From assembly GCA_963677595.1 (NCBI GenBank), contig OY782041.1, forward strand, positions 1,632,001 to 1,696,000: a DNA stretch of 64,000 nt. Direction: 5' to 3'. The translations under genes and the position numbers were made by a program. Shown here piece after piece: positions 1 through 12,032 of the stretch. How positions within the stretch are numbered: the stretch's first letter is position 1; every line of letters starts with the position of its first letter. The notes below the pieces were generated by a model. That model made no database searches. It was not told the origin of the DNA and worked only from the letters and a program-made list of their open reading frames with translations. This DNA comes from Spirochaetia bacterium. GTDB taxonomy: Bacteria > Spirochaetota > Spirochaetia > CAKZLE01.

Positions 1-43
1 CAGGGGTCGCCATCATGCAGGGGCAGACTTCCTCGGCTGATTA

Positions 44-1933
44 CTAGGAGAAGAGGAGGGCGACAGCCTCGGAGATCCTGACGCTGTTCCCATCCTCCAG
101 CCTGTGCAGGCACTGCTCTTCACAGGGGGCGTCACAGGTAAGGCAGGGGGGCTCCCCCTCCCCGAAGAGACGTTTCGCCCCCTGGAGGTTCCCGCACTCA
201 AGACGCCGCATCATCCCCCTTATATCGAGGTGGTGGGGGCACCTGCCCCTGCAGGTGTCATCCTGGCACCAGAGACAGGTTGAGGCGAGGTCATGGAGCC
301 TGGTACCTACAGGCCCCTCGATGTTGTTGGGGCTGATGGTACGTTCCCCCGTTCCCGTCTTATGGACCTGCAGCTCGTCCGGCTGCAGGATCCTGACCAT
401 ACTTCCTTTCCCCGTAGCCTGGGTGTATCCCGGCATCCTCCTCCTGCGAAGAACCATGTTGGCGGCACTGACGCCGGAGATGGTGACGGAGGAGGTACCT
501 GCCCCCATGACTGTCCCCTCACCGCATACGAAGAGGTTCTCCCAGCTGGTAGATGCATGGTGCCTATGCAGGAGATCCTGCCCTGAAGACTGCCTCGGCC
601 CCGCGATACATCCCCCGTTCTTCATTGTGTAGTATTCGATGGTAGTCGGGGTAGCAAGGCTGTTCCATCGGAGGCCTTCCCTGAACCCTGGGAAGATGGG
701 CTCCAGGGAGCGCAGGAGCCGGTCGGTCTCCTGCTCCTTCTGGGAGAGGTAAGCATCGCTGTCATATGCCGGGTCATCAGGGATCGGCCAGGGTTTGGCT
801 GAAGGTCCCGAGACCACCAGCAGGTGCTCTCCCCCCGGACAGAGCGACGGGTCATAGAGAGTCGGGATCCTGATGGTGATGGACCGTCCCCTCGGGCCGG
901 GAATGAGGATGAGCGGGCCCGTCCCGTGGGGGATGACCGCAGAGGAGACGGCACAGTAGAGGATGACGGACGGGGGAGTCATCTCCAGGGCATCTGCCCA
1001 GGAGATGATGCCGGCCTCCCGGTAGGGGGGAGGCAGCAGTCGGTGGTAGAGGTCATGAAGGGTCCCTGAGTGGATGATGTCATCGGCCTCTACGGAGATG
1101 CTCTCTCCTGCTTTCGTGAGAATAGAGACCCCTTCAGGCCGGTTGTCACCGAAGATGATCGATTCCGCGGTGCTCTGGTAGAGGATCGTCCCCCCATCCT
1201 GCTCGAATGCCTTCTCGAGCTTCCCGGCAACCTGGAGGGTCGATCCTGCAGGATAGCAGAACCGGTCATGGTGAAGGCCCATGAGGAGGTTTATTGCTAT
1301 GAGCGCCGGGGTCTCGAACAGGCCGGTATGGCAGGAGATGGAGGTGATCGTGTCGAAGAAGCGGAAGACCTCCCTGGAGGAGAAGAACGGCTCCATGATG
1401 TCATAGGCACTCTTCTTGAGCAGCAGAAGCACCTTGGCCTGCAGGAGAGGATGACGGAAGAAGCTCTTAAGAAGGGTTCTCCTGGGCAGCTCGGCCGGGG
1501 AGACATGGAGGGGGATATTCCCGATCCCCTGTGTGTAGATGCGGCTTATATACCCGTAGAACCTCCTGATCCCATCCCGGTCAGCGGGGAACCGCTTCCC
1601 AAGCCCGGAGAGGTACTCCTCGAGGGAGCTGGAGAAAGTGACCTGTGACCCCTCATACTCCAGCGTGGGCCCGGTAGGTGGGGCGACCATGGTGATGGGT
1701 TCCCCAAGCTGGTCCATGAGGAAGCGGTGGGGGGAGAAGCCGGTCCCATCGAAGCCCTGGAGGAGGGTCGCCCCCTGGTCGAAGGTCCTCCTGCCCCGCC
1801 TGAAGGCTCCGCAGGAACCCCCTGGCTGGTAGTGCTGTTCGATCATGACCACTGACAGCCCTGCACGGGCAAGGAGGGTTGCTGCTGTGAGTCCGCTGAG
1901 CCCTGCCCCGATGACTGCAACGTCCGTCTTCAT
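44..1933 (-). CDS. Phytoene dehydrogenase-like FAD oxidoreductase with C-terminal Cys-rich Fe-S domain
   Basis: N-terminal GAGLSGL Rossmann motif, EQHYQPGG..FDQG, ATPTT and NLFVCGE motifs; C-terminal CLWC..C...CP and CLTC..PC...C clusters. Confidence 0.8.
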   Translation of the reverse strand: MKTDVAVIGAGLSGLTAATLLARAGLSVVMIEQHYQPGGSCGAFRRGRRTFDQGATLLQGFDGTGFSPHRFLMDQLGEPITMVAPPTGPTLEYEGSQVTFSSSLEEYLSGLGKRFPADRDGIRRFYGYISRIYTQGIGNIPLHVSPAELPRRTLLKSFFRHPLLQAKVLLLLKKSAYDIMEPFFSSREVFRFFDTITSISCHTGLFETPALIAINLLMGLHHDRFCYPAGSTLQVAGKLEKAFEQDGGTILYQSTAESIIFGDNRPEGVSILTKAGESISVEADDIIHSGTLHDLYHRLLPPPYREAGIISWADALEMTPPSVILYCAVSSAVIPHGTGPLILIPGPRGRSITIRIPTLYDPSLCPGGEHLLVVSGPSAKPWPIPDDPAYDSDAYLSQKEQETDRLLRSLEPIFPGFREGLRWNSLATPTTIEYYTMKNGGCIAGPRQSSGQDLLHRHHASTSWENLFVCGEGTVMGAGTSSVTISGVSAANMVLRRRRMPGYTQATGKGSMVRILQPDELQVHKTGTGERTISPNNIEGPVGTRLHDLASTCLWCQDDTCRGRCPHHLDIRGMMRRLECGNLQGAKRLFGEGEPPCLTCDAPCEEQCLHRLEDGNSVRISEAVALLFS

Positions 1934-2023
1934 CCAAGGACCTCCATCTGGTCGACTGCGTTCCAGGTTCCTCTATTGTACCACACAATCGCTGCCGCAG
2001 TCCCGGTGAAGAAGCACGATACG

Positions 2024-2086
2024 CAAGGTGAAGGTGAAAGCTCACAAGGTGAAGGTGAAAGCTCACAAGGTGAAGGTGTAACCTCA
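2024..2086. repeat. 21-bp tandem repeat x3 (CAAGGTGAAGGTGAAAGCTCA)
   Basis: Two identical units and a third with 2 mismatches, in a divergent intergenic region. Confidence 0.9.
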
Positions 2087-2222
2087 CCAAGGATACCTGC
2101 CTCCTGCAGGTGAAGGAATCTTTCTGGAACAGGTTTGTATAACTTGGCAGAGTATGATACCGTTATCTTCTGCGTTTCATGATACAATGGCAGTGATAGA
2201 GATCAGGATAAACAGGTAGAGC

Positions 2223-3377
2223 GTGAACATGCTGAATAATGACAACCATCATACGGACAGTTTCCTCAAGAGTCTCGGGTTCCCCTCGATAGAGATCCAC
2301 CAGACCTTCACCCACTTCGACTTCACGAAGCCCTCGAGGAGGGTCCTCGTGATCGGGCCCATGGGCTCGGGAAAGACCGAGTTCTCTGCGAGGGTATGGA
2401 GGGATGCCCTCATCGCCCTCTCGAAGAGCGAGAAGATCATGGAGTTGACGGCGACCGACGGGGTGGACCGGAGAAAGGTGATGTTCGTCCGGTCCCTCCA
2501 TGATGAGCGCTTCGACGAGTATCCCTCCGATGCCCTCGCCTACCGGGGCGGGTTCGTCCGCTGCGGGGAGAACATCGTCCGCATCGGGGACTCCTTCGAT
2601 CTGGAGCAGGCCCTCGAGGAGCATGATGATATAGGGACCTGGATCATCGATGAGGCCTCCTTCTATGACGAGCGGATCGCCTATGTCGTCCGGAACCATT
2701 CGGTCAAGCGTGGGCTGCTCTTCATCTTCCCGACCCTGATCCTCAACTTCCGCCGCGATATCTTCAACTCCACGGCACGGCTGCTGCTCGATACCGCCAC
2801 CGACGTCATCCCCCTGACCGCCTACTGCGAGCACGAGGAGTGTCTCGAGGACTCCTTCAATACCTACCGGTACTATACCGTAGGCGGGAAGGAGTGCCCG
2901 GCACTCTACTTCGATCCCCTGATCATCGTCGGCGGGGATATGAAGAAGGAGGACCCGCTCCAGCCGAACTACTGCACCCGCTGCGACCGGCACCACTGGC
3001 TGCCGGGCAAGGAGTACACCTTCTTCACCCTGAAACCCCTTGGTGAGCTTGCCTCGGCGGGTAATCCGAAGCGGTTGAAGGAGGAGCTGCACCATATGAA
3101 GTATGACATGGAGCAGTCGATCCTCTACGAGCACCTCTATGAGCAGTACAGCGACCCGGATGCGGAGGACTATGTCTGCATGAACGCCCTGCTCCCCTCC
3201 TGCATCGCCGAGCGGGCGCTGGTCTACCTCTTTGCCGAACAGAACCTGATCCCGGAGGAACTGCTGATATCGCTCGTCGATGAACTGAGCCTCGACCGGG
3301 AATATATGAAGAAGATCCTGTCTGATAACCGGAGGCCGGTCAACCTTGACCAGCCCCTGCTGACAGGACTGTATTGA
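2223..3377 (+). CDS. tdk: Thymidine kinase (long, spirochaete type)
   Basis: GPMGSGKT Walker A, IIDEA Walker B, zinc-binding C-x4-C and CTRC..H motifs; nucleoside salvage context. Confidence 0.8.
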   Translation: MNMLNNDNHHTDSFLKSLGFPSIEIHQTFTHFDFTKPSRRVLVIGPMGSGKTEFSARVWRDALIALSKSEKIMELTATDGVDRRKVMFVRSLHDERFDEYPSDALAYRGGFVRCGENIVRIGDSFDLEQALEEHDDIGTWIIDEASFYDERIAYVVRNHSVKRGLLFIFPTLILNFRRDIFNSTARLLLDTATDVIPLTAYCEHEECLEDSFNTYRYYTVGGKECPALYFDPLIIVGGDMKKEDPLQPNYCTRCDRHHWLPGKEYTFFTLKPLGELASAGNPKRLKEELHHMKYDMEQSILYEHLYEQYSDPDAEDYVCMNALLPSCIAERALVYLFAEQNLIPEELLISLVDELSLDREYMKKILSDNRRPVNLDQPLLTGLY

Positions 3378-3401
3378 GAGATATAGATAGGAGAGACACC
3401 C

Positions 3402-4706
3402 ATGAGAGTACCTGAGCTGATCCGGAAGATCCAGAACCACAAGGAGCTTACCACCGAGGAGATCACCTTCTTCGTGAAGGGGTACTCCTCCGGGGAGATC
3501 CCCGATTACCAGGCTTCCGCCTTCTGCATGGCCGTCTGGTTCAACGGGATGAGCAACCGGGAGACTGCGGACCTTACCATGGCGATGGCTGCCTCAGGGG
3601 ACCAGATCGACCTCTCGGGGATCCCCGGGATCAAGGTCGACAAGCACTCCTCGGGCGGGGTCGCCGACACGACCACCATCGCCGTGGCACCGATCGTGGC
3701 AGCCTGCGGGGGGAAGGTCGCGAAGATGTCGGGACGGGGCCTGGCCTACAGCGGGGGTACGCTCGACAAGCTCGAGTCGATCCCCGGCTATACCGTCAGC
3801 CAGTCGATGGAGGACTTCGAGCGGATCGTCAACACCTGCGGGGCCTCGATCATCGGGCAGACGGCGAACCTGGTGCCTGCCGACAAGAAGCTCTACTCGC
3901 TCCGGGATGTCACCTCCACAGTGGATACCATGCCGCTGATCGCCTCGAGCATCATGAGCAAGAAACTGGCTTCGGGCGGGGACAAGATCCTCCTCGACGT
4001 CAAGTGGGGGAGCGGTGCGTTCATGCATGAGCTTGCCGATGCCCTGGAGCTTGCGAGGATCATGGTCGATATCGGGAAGCATGCCGGCAGGCCGACCGAG
4101 GCGGTCGTCACCAACATGAACCAGCCGCTCGGCAATGCCGTCGGCAATGCCCTGGAGGTCAGGGAGGCGATCGAGATCCTCAAAGGGGAGTGTGAGGGGG
4201 ACCTGAAGGACCTCATCGTGGACCTCTCCGCACGGATGCTCGAAGCCGGTGAGGTGTTCCCGACCTATGAGGCTGCTGCCGCTGCGGTCGCGCAGTCGAT
4301 CGCGAACGGGGCTGCCATAGCGAAACTCAAGGAGATCATCACCCTTCATGGGGGTGATCCGTCAGTCTGCGATGATGTGGACCTCCTTCCCGCCGCGAGG
4401 AAGGTCATCGAGGTGACCTCCCCGGCCGAGGGGTACATCGTGCGGATGGATACCGACGAGATCGGGATGGCGACCGTCATGATCGGGGCCGGCCGTGAGC
4501 GGAAGGATGACGACATCGACCCGGCGGTGGGCCTCTGGATGAGGAAGCGGCTCGGGGAGTATGTGAAGGCCGGGGACGTGCTTGCGGAGTTCCATGTGAA
4601 TGACGAGGCCTCCCTCCCGCAGGCCGTCGAACGGTTCCTGGCAGCGATCCACCTGGATGCAGCCAAGCCGGAAGAGCAGGTCCTGATCGCTGAAGTCATA
4701 CGGTAG
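3402..4706 (+). CDS. pdp: Pyrimidine-nucleoside/thymidine phosphorylase
   Basis: DKHSSGG, KMSGRGL, GGTLDKLESIPG, SIMSKKLA signatures. Confidence 0.93.
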   Translation: MRVPELIRKIQNHKELTTEEITFFVKGYSSGEIPDYQASAFCMAVWFNGMSNRETADLTMAMAASGDQIDLSGIPGIKVDKHSSGGVADTTTIAVAPIVAACGGKVAKMSGRGLAYSGGTLDKLESIPGYTVSQSMEDFERIVNTCGASIIGQTANLVPADKKLYSLRDVTSTVDTMPLIASSIMSKKLASGGDKILLDVKWGSGAFMHELADALELARIMVDIGKHAGRPTEAVVTNMNQPLGNAVGNALEVREAIEILKGECEGDLKDLIVDLSARMLEAGEVFPTYEAAAAAVAQSIANGAAIAKLKEIITLHGGDPSVCDDVDLLPAARKVIEVTSPAEGYIVRMDTDEIGMATVMIGAGRERKDDDIDPAVGLWMRKRLGEYVKAGDVLAEFHVNDEASLPQAVERFLAAIHLDAAKPEEQVLIAEVIR

Positions 4707-4799
4707 ATATCGTTACAATCGGGTGCAACCTGTGCTACTATAGATAGATGAAAGGTCGGGATCGTGGATCCTGAGGAGAATACGAGATAAGGAACAGGT

Positions 4800-6327
<1,528 letters not shown>

Positions 6328-6335
<8 letters not shown>

Positions 6336-7761
6336 GCTTATGAAACTGAAACCTGTCATCACCGCGGCCCTGGCCGTGATCGCCTTCCTCGGCGGCTGGG
6401 CAGTCGTCATGGGCGGTATCTGGGGGAATATCATCATCCTGGCAGCCTGGGCGGGGTATCTCGTCTATGACCGGCTGCTGGCTAAGGGCCAAGAGGCCCC
6501 GTCTCCCTTCCATACGCCCTTCCTGACCTCCCTCATGCTCCTGCTCGCCGTCTACGGGGCGGTGCTCTACCTTGGGAGTTATTTCTGGGGAGCCTTCCTC
6601 CTTATTGGCGCACTGCTCGTCTTCGGGCTGGAGAAACGGCTCACAGACGGGAAGGAAGCCCTTTCCGAGAGTGTGCGGGCCTCCATGCGGAGCCTGATGA
6701 TCCCGGTCTTCGGGTTCTTCAGCGCACTGGTCGTCGGCATGATCATCATGCTGATCACCGGGTACAACCCGATCACCTCCTACGGGGCCCTCTTCTACGG
6801 CGGGCTCGTCAAGAACTGGAGCGTCTCGGTGCTCAACGCTACACCGCTGATCTTCACCGGGCTGTCGATCGCCTTCGCCTTCCAGGCAGGGCTCTTCAAC
6901 ATCGGTGCCGAGGGCCAGTATTATATCGGGGCGATGGTAGCGACCTTCATCGGGCTCTACCTCAACCTGCCGCCGCTGTTCACCATTATCATCGTGATCG
7001 TCGTGGCCGGCTCCCTCGCAGCTGCCTGGAACTTCGTCCCGGCACTGCTGAAGGTACGGACCGGCGCACACGAGGTCATCACGACGATGATGCTCGCCCA
7101 TACAGCCCGTTACCTCTCCCCGGTCTTCATCCGGGCCTTCGGCGGGGACCCGGCTACCTCGAAGCATGCCTATGTGACCGACCCGATCCTCGAGACGAGC
7201 TGGCTGCCGAGGTTCAAGACCTTCCTGCCTGAGACTAACTACAGGATGCATATCGGGATCCTCATCGCGATCGCCTTTGCCCTGTTCGTCTACTACCTGC
7301 TCTACAAGACCAGGATCGGGTTCGAGATCCGTGCCGTCGGGCAGAACCCGAACGCCGCACGGGCACAGGGGATCTCGATCGGCAAGAACATCTTCAGGGC
7401 CCTGCTCTTCTCGGGCTTCCTCGCGGGCATGTCCGGCGTCGTACAGGTGCTGGGGCTTGACCACAAGCTCTTCCTCAACCTCTCCGGCGGCTACGGGTGG
7501 AACGGTATCTCGGTCGCCCTGCTGGCGGCGAACAACCCCATCGGCGTCATCTTCACCGCCCTCCTCTGGGGGGTCCTCGATGCCGGCGGGCAGTACATGA
7601 TCAGGGTGACCGACACGCCGAACTCGATCGTCGAGATCATCAAGGGGATCGTCCTCTTCCTCATCGTCGCCCGGTACATCTATGCATACTGGGGCAACAG
7701 GCTCAAACGCAGGAAGAAGAAGAGACTTGAGGCTGCAGCAGCCGAAGGAGGTGCCGTATGA
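6328..7761 (+). CDS. Nucleoside ABC transporter permease with extra N-terminal TM segments
   Basis: GLFNIGAEGQ, HEVITT, GFEIRAVGQNP motifs; hydrophobic. Confidence 0.9.
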
Positions 7762-8720
7762 TCGACTTCATCCTCGCATCCCAGATATTCAACATCGACC
7801 TGTTATCAGCCTCCATCAGGCTATCGACACCGATCGCCCTGGCTGCCATCGGTGCCACGATCTGCGAGAAGTCCGGTGTCGTCAACATCGCGATGGAAGG
7901 CATCATGATCGTCGGGGCCTTCTTCGCCCTCTGGTTCACCCATCTCACCGGCAGCCCCTGGCTCGGCCTGCTGGCAGGACTCGCCTTCGGAGGGCTCTAC
8001 AGCCTGATCCATGCCTGGGCGACGGTTACCCTGCACCTCGACCATACGGTCTCCGGGGCTGTGCTCAACATCCTGGCGCTGGGGATCACCCGGTACATGA
8101 TGGTGCTTGCCTATGGCCATCCCGGTACCACGGACACGATCATGGTCACCCTCGCGGACTACCGGTTCGCCGTACCGCTCCTCTCGAGGATACCGGTCAT
8201 CGGCGAGGCGCTCTTCGACCAGACGCCCATCGTCTACCTCATGTATATCGCAGTGATCTTCTTCACCTGGTTCATGAAGAAGACCAAGGTCGGCCTCCAC
8301 ATCAAGGCATCGGGCGAGCACCCGCTGGCCCTTGAGACCATCGGCGTCTCCGTCTACAGGATCCGGTACCTCGGTATCGTGATCTCGGGGCTGCTCGGCG
8401 GGGTCGCCGGTGCATACCTCTCCATCGAGAACCAGGCGACCTTCACCGAGGGGATGACGAACGGCCGCGGGTTCATCGCGATGGCAGCGATGATATCCGG
8501 GGGCTGGACCCCGATCGGGTCATTCATCGCAGCTTTGTTCTTCGGGTTCGCCGATGCCTTCCAGCTGCGGCTGCAGGTCTCCGGGAACCTGTCGGTCCCG
8601 AGTGAGCTCTTCACGATCATCCCCTATGTGGCGACCGTGATAGCGGTAGCCGGACTGGTCAGGAAGTCCAAGGCCCCGAAGGCTGACGGGAAGGATTTCA
8701 TCATCGAGAAGGAGGAGTGA
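7758..8720 (+). CDS. Nucleoside ABC transporter permease
   Basis: EKSGVVNIAMEG, GRGFIAMAA, PYV motifs. Confidence 0.9.
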   Translation: MIDFILASQIFNIDLLSASIRLSTPIALAAIGATICEKSGVVNIAMEGIMIVGAFFALWFTHLTGSPWLGLLAGLAFGGLYSLIHAWATVTLHLDHTVSGAVLNILALGITRYMMVLAYGHPGTTDTIMVTLADYRFAVPLLSRIPVIGEALFDQTPIVYLMYIAVIFFTWFMKKTKVGLHIKASGEHPLALETIGVSVYRIRYLGIVISGLLGGVAGAYLSIENQATFTEGMTNGRGFIAMAAMISGGWTPIGSFIAALFFGFADAFQLRLQVSGNLSVPSELFTIIPYVATVIAVAGLVRKSKAPKADGKDFIIEKEE

Positions 8721-8833
8721 CCGTACCCTGCAGGCTTTTCCATCTTTTCCTGCAAAGTGCTTTCATATTCATGTTGAACGGTTTATAATGAAATATTACT
8801 TCATGTAACTGAATTTTTTAGGAGGAATTTACC

Positions 8834-9880
8834 ATGAAAAAGGGTCTAAGAAGTGTGATCGTCTGTTTGATACTCGTAGCTCTTGCTATGACTCCAGTAT
8901 TTGCCCAGGGGCAGCAGGATACCGGGGGATTCAGTGCCACCATGGCTACCGACGTCGGCGGTCTTGGCGACAAGTCCTTCAATGACAGTGCCTATGCAGG
9001 ACTGGTCCAGGCAAACACCGAACTTGGTGTAGACATCAACGTCGTCGAGTCAAAACAGATGACTGACTACGTTCCTAACCTGTCAGGCCTTGCTGAGGAT
9101 GGGTCGGATGTTGTGTTCGCAGTCGGATTCCTGATGGATGAGGCTGTGAAGGAGGTCGCAGCAAACTATCCAGACCAGTGGTTCGCCGGTATCGACATCG
9201 GGACCTACGGTTCAGCACCTGATAACTTCATCGGTATCCAGTATAACGAGCATGAGGCAGGCTACCTTGCAGGTATCGTCGCCGGTATGATGACGAAGGA
9301 ATATGTAGGGAACTCCCCGAAGCTCAACGATGAGAACGTCATCGGTGTCGTCCTCGGTATGCTCATCCCTGCTGTCGAGAAGTTCGAGGTAGGGTTCATC
9401 CAGGGTGCACATTACGTGAACCCGACCTGTGAGGTCCTCTCAGTCGTAGTCGACTCCTTCACCGACAGTGCCAAGGGTAAGGAGGCAGCCCTCTCCATGA
9501 TCGAGAAGGGTGCCGACATCATCTTCCAGGCAGCAGGTGGATCAGGTATCGGTGCCATCCAGGCATGTAATGAAGAAGGCGTCTTCGCAGTCGGCGTCGA
9601 TGTCGACCAGAACGCTGTTTCCCCATCGACCGTGCTCACCTCCGCAACCAAGGGTGTGACCCAGTCAGTATACCTCGTGATCGACGATGTCGTGAACGGT
9701 ACTGCCATGGGCGGAGACGTCATCTACGGTATCGCAGAAGATGCAGTGGGCCTTGCCGGTTTCCACGAGCATGACTCGATCGTTCCCCAGGCAGTGAAGG
9801 ATGAGGTAGCCAAGGCTATCGCTGACATCAAGGCAGGGACACGTAAGATCGAGACCACACGTGCCGCAATCGGCAGATAG
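8834..9880 (+). CDS. BMP-family nucleoside-binding protein
   Basis: Signal peptide, DVGGLGDKSFN, ADIIFQAAG, GVDVDQ; RBS AGGAGG. Confidence 0.92.
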   Translation: MKKGLRSVIVCLILVALAMTPVFAQGQQDTGGFSATMATDVGGLGDKSFNDSAYAGLVQANTELGVDINVVESKQMTDYVPNLSGLAEDGSDVVFAVGFLMDEAVKEVAANYPDQWFAGIDIGTYGSAPDNFIGIQYNEHEAGYLAGIVAGMMTKEYVGNSPKLNDENVIGVVLGMLIPAVEKFEVGFIQGAHYVNPTCEVLSVVVDSFTDSAKGKEAALSMIEKGADIIFQAAGGSGIGAIQACNEEGVFAVGVDVDQNAVSPSTVLTSATKGVTQSVYLVIDDVVNGTAMGGDVIYGIAEDAVGLAGFHEHDSIVPQAVKDEVAKAIADIKAGTRKIETTRAAIGR

Positions 9881-9926
9881 TGACTATCGTTAGATAGTGC
9901 GCTATCAGTAGATAGCGGCTATCAGG
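9875..9926. repeat. Three tandem GATAG-N3/4-CTATC mini-palindromes
   Basis: AGATAGtgaCTATC, AGATAGtgcgCTATC, AGATAGcggCTATC at 17-18 bp spacing. Confidence 0.75.
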
Positions 9927-9937
9927 TCTAAAAAGGG

Positions 9938-9967
9938 ACACCGGGGAGAATCCCCGGTGTTTTTTTT
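9938..9967 (+). terminator. Intrinsic terminator
   Basis: ACACCGGGGA-gaa-TCCCCGGTGT followed by T run. Confidence 0.9.
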
Positions 9968-10022
9968 CTTCACCTGTGGTATGATTTTCTTGTGAATTGA
10001 GTTTTGAGCCGGGAGTGTTTGC

Positions 10023-10862
10023 ATGAACAGTGGAACGATGAAGTCCTTCACCTCCTCGATGTACCGGGAGGCTGTTGACGATATAACAGGCAGGATAGCT
10101 GTCCAGCCAAAGATCGGGATGATCCTGGGTTCAGGCTTGGGTGTGCTTGCTGACGAGGTCTCCGAACGAGTCGTGGTCCCCTATTCAGAGATCCCCCACT
10201 TCCCGCAGTCGACCGTAGAGGGCCATGCAGGACAGCTGGTGACCGGCTTGCTGGGATCAGTGCCGGTGCTCGTCATGCAGGGGCGGTTCCACTACTATGA
10301 AGGCTACAGCATGGATGCCGTCACCTTCCCCATCCGGGTCATGAAGCTGCTCGGTATCGATGACCTGCTGATCACCAATGCGGCAGGAGGCTGCAATCCC
10401 GCATTCTCGGTCGGGGACCTGATGGTCATCACCGACCATATCAAGTTCTTCGATGAGAGTCCCCTGAGGGGCCCCAATGCCGGGGAGTTCGGTCCCAGGT
10501 TCAACGATATGGGCGATGCCTATACGAAGAGCCTCAGGGAAGGGGCCCTGGCAGTCGGGAAGGAGCTCGGTATCGAGCTGCAGCAGGGGGTCTATGCCCA
10601 TATGGCAGGGCCGAGCTTCGAGACGCCTGCCGAGATCAGGATGCTCCAGGTCCTCGGGGCTGATGCCTGCGGCATGTCGACTGTCCCGGAGGTCATCGTC
10701 GCAGCCCATGCCTCGATGCGGGTGCTCGGGATCTCCTGCATCACCAATATGGCAGCTGGGATCCTGGACCAGCCGCTGAGCCAGGAGGAGGTCATGGAGA
10801 CTGGACGGGCTGTCCGGGAGACGTTCTCCCGCCTGATCAGGGGGATCATCGCAGCATGGTAG
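10023..10862 (+). CDS. punA: Purine-nucleoside phosphorylase (trimeric PNP type)
   Basis: ILGSGLG, QGRFHYYEGY, TNAAGG, GPSFET.AE, GMSTVPE. Confidence 0.93.
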   Translation: MNSGTMKSFTSSMYREAVDDITGRIAVQPKIGMILGSGLGVLADEVSERVVVPYSEIPHFPQSTVEGHAGQLVTGLLGSVPVLVMQGRFHYYEGYSMDAVTFPIRVMKLLGIDDLLITNAAGGCNPAFSVGDLMVITDHIKFFDESPLRGPNAGEFGPRFNDMGDAYTKSLREGALAVGKELGIELQQGVYAHMAGPSFETPAEIRMLQVLGADACGMSTVPEVIVAAHASMRVLGISCITNMAAGILDQPLSQEEVMETGRAVRETFSRLIRGIIAAW

Positions 10863-11335
10863 GCAAACTCACCGCAGAGAGATTGATCACATTGCTTGAA
10901 CTCAAACCGCTCCTGCCGGAAGGGGGGTTCTACGGGAAGATCTACCCCCATGGGGGTTCAATCCATCGCGGGGTCTCTGCCATCTATTACCTGATCACCC
11001 CGGATTCCTTCTCTTCGTTCCACCAGCTCACCTCGGATGAGGTCTGGCACTTCTTACAGGGGGATGCGCTCGAGCAGGTACAGATCTATCCGGACGGTTC
11101 GGTTCGGAAGTATCGCCTCGGCAGTGATATTCACGGAGGGGAGAGCTCCGTGACGATAGTCCCTGCAGACGTCTGGCAGGGGACCCGCCTGGTGCCCGGC
11201 GGGGAGTATGCCCTGTGCGGGTGCACGGTCAATCCTGCATACACCGATAAGTGTTACACCCATGGGGTGTATGACCAGCTGCTGGAACTGTTCCCCGGTA
11301 CAGAAGAGCTCCTGGCTCAGTACTGCAGAGGATAG
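10856..11335 (+). CDS. Cupin_5 (DUF985) family protein
   Basis: PEGGFY, IYYL, FH.L.SDEVWHF, CTV.P motifs. Confidence 0.85.
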   Translation: MVGKLTAERLITLLELKPLLPEGGFYGKIYPHGGSIHRGVSAIYYLITPDSFSSFHQLTSDEVWHFLQGDALEQVQIYPDGSVRKYRLGSDIHGGESSVTIVPADVWQGTRLVPGGEYALCGCTVNPAYTDKCYTHGVYDQLLELFPGTEELLAQYCRG

Positions 11336-11338
11336 GGA

Positions 11339-12031
11339 GTGGCTGAAGGTATGGGAAAGGTAAAGATCCTGTGTGTCTCCGATGAGGTCGATCCATTAGT
11401 CTACTCGCAGAACGTGAAGGAACGGTACCGGGAGGCTGCGTTCGTGATCGGGGCAGGGGACCTTCGTATGCGGTACTACGGGTTCATCGTCAGCTCCCTC
11501 AACAAGCCGCTCTATTTCGTCTTCGGCAATCACCACCTCTCCCAGTACAAGTACTTCATCAGGAAGGAACGTGCCGAGACCATCGATATGGGGTATGAGA
11601 GTTTCTCGAGGAACTACTTCGGTTCCACCTGCATCAGCGAACGGGTAGTCCGTGACAAGAGGACCGGGCTGATCATGACCGGCTTCGGGGGAAGTTTCCG
11701 CTACAACAACGGGCAGAACCAGTATACCGATACCCAGATGTACTGGAAGGTGATCTCCCGGCTACCGAAGATGCTCTACTACCGGCTGCGGTACGGGAGG
11801 TGGGTCGATATCGTGGTGACGCATGCCCCGCCTGCCGGGATCCATGACAAGGAGGATATCTGCCACAGGGGGTTCAAGGCCTTTCTCTGGTTCATGCGGG
11901 TCTTCAAGCCCAGGTACCTGCTCCATGGCCATGTCCACCTGCTCGACATGAACCAGAAGCGTGTCGAACGCTATCATGAGACTGAGGTCATAAACGTGTT
12001 CAAGAGCCATATCCTGGAAGTGGAGGTGTAG
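11339..12031 (+). CDS. Calcineurin-like metallophosphoesterase
   Basis: SD, GD, GNH, THAPP, HGHVH metal-binding motifs. Confidence 0.88.
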   Translation: MAEGMGKVKILCVSDEVDPLVYSQNVKERYREAAFVIGAGDLRMRYYGFIVSSLNKPLYFVFGNHHLSQYKYFIRKERAETIDMGYESFSRNYFGSTCISERVVRDKRTGLIMTGFGGSFRYNNGQNQYTDTQMYWKVISRLPKMLYYRLRYGRWVDIVVTHAPPAGIHDKEDICHRGFKAFLWFMRVFKPRYLLHGHVHLLDMNQKRVERYHETEVINVFKSHILEVEV

Positions 12032-12032
12032 C

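Noticed and set aside
2024-2086. Possible CRISPR array
   Set aside because: Units are contiguous with no spacers, and no cas genes are in the window
2163-3440. Long antisense ORFs here and at 5028-6143, 6268-7464 and 29426-30520
   Set aside because: Shadow frames of GC-rich genes with no recognisable motifs
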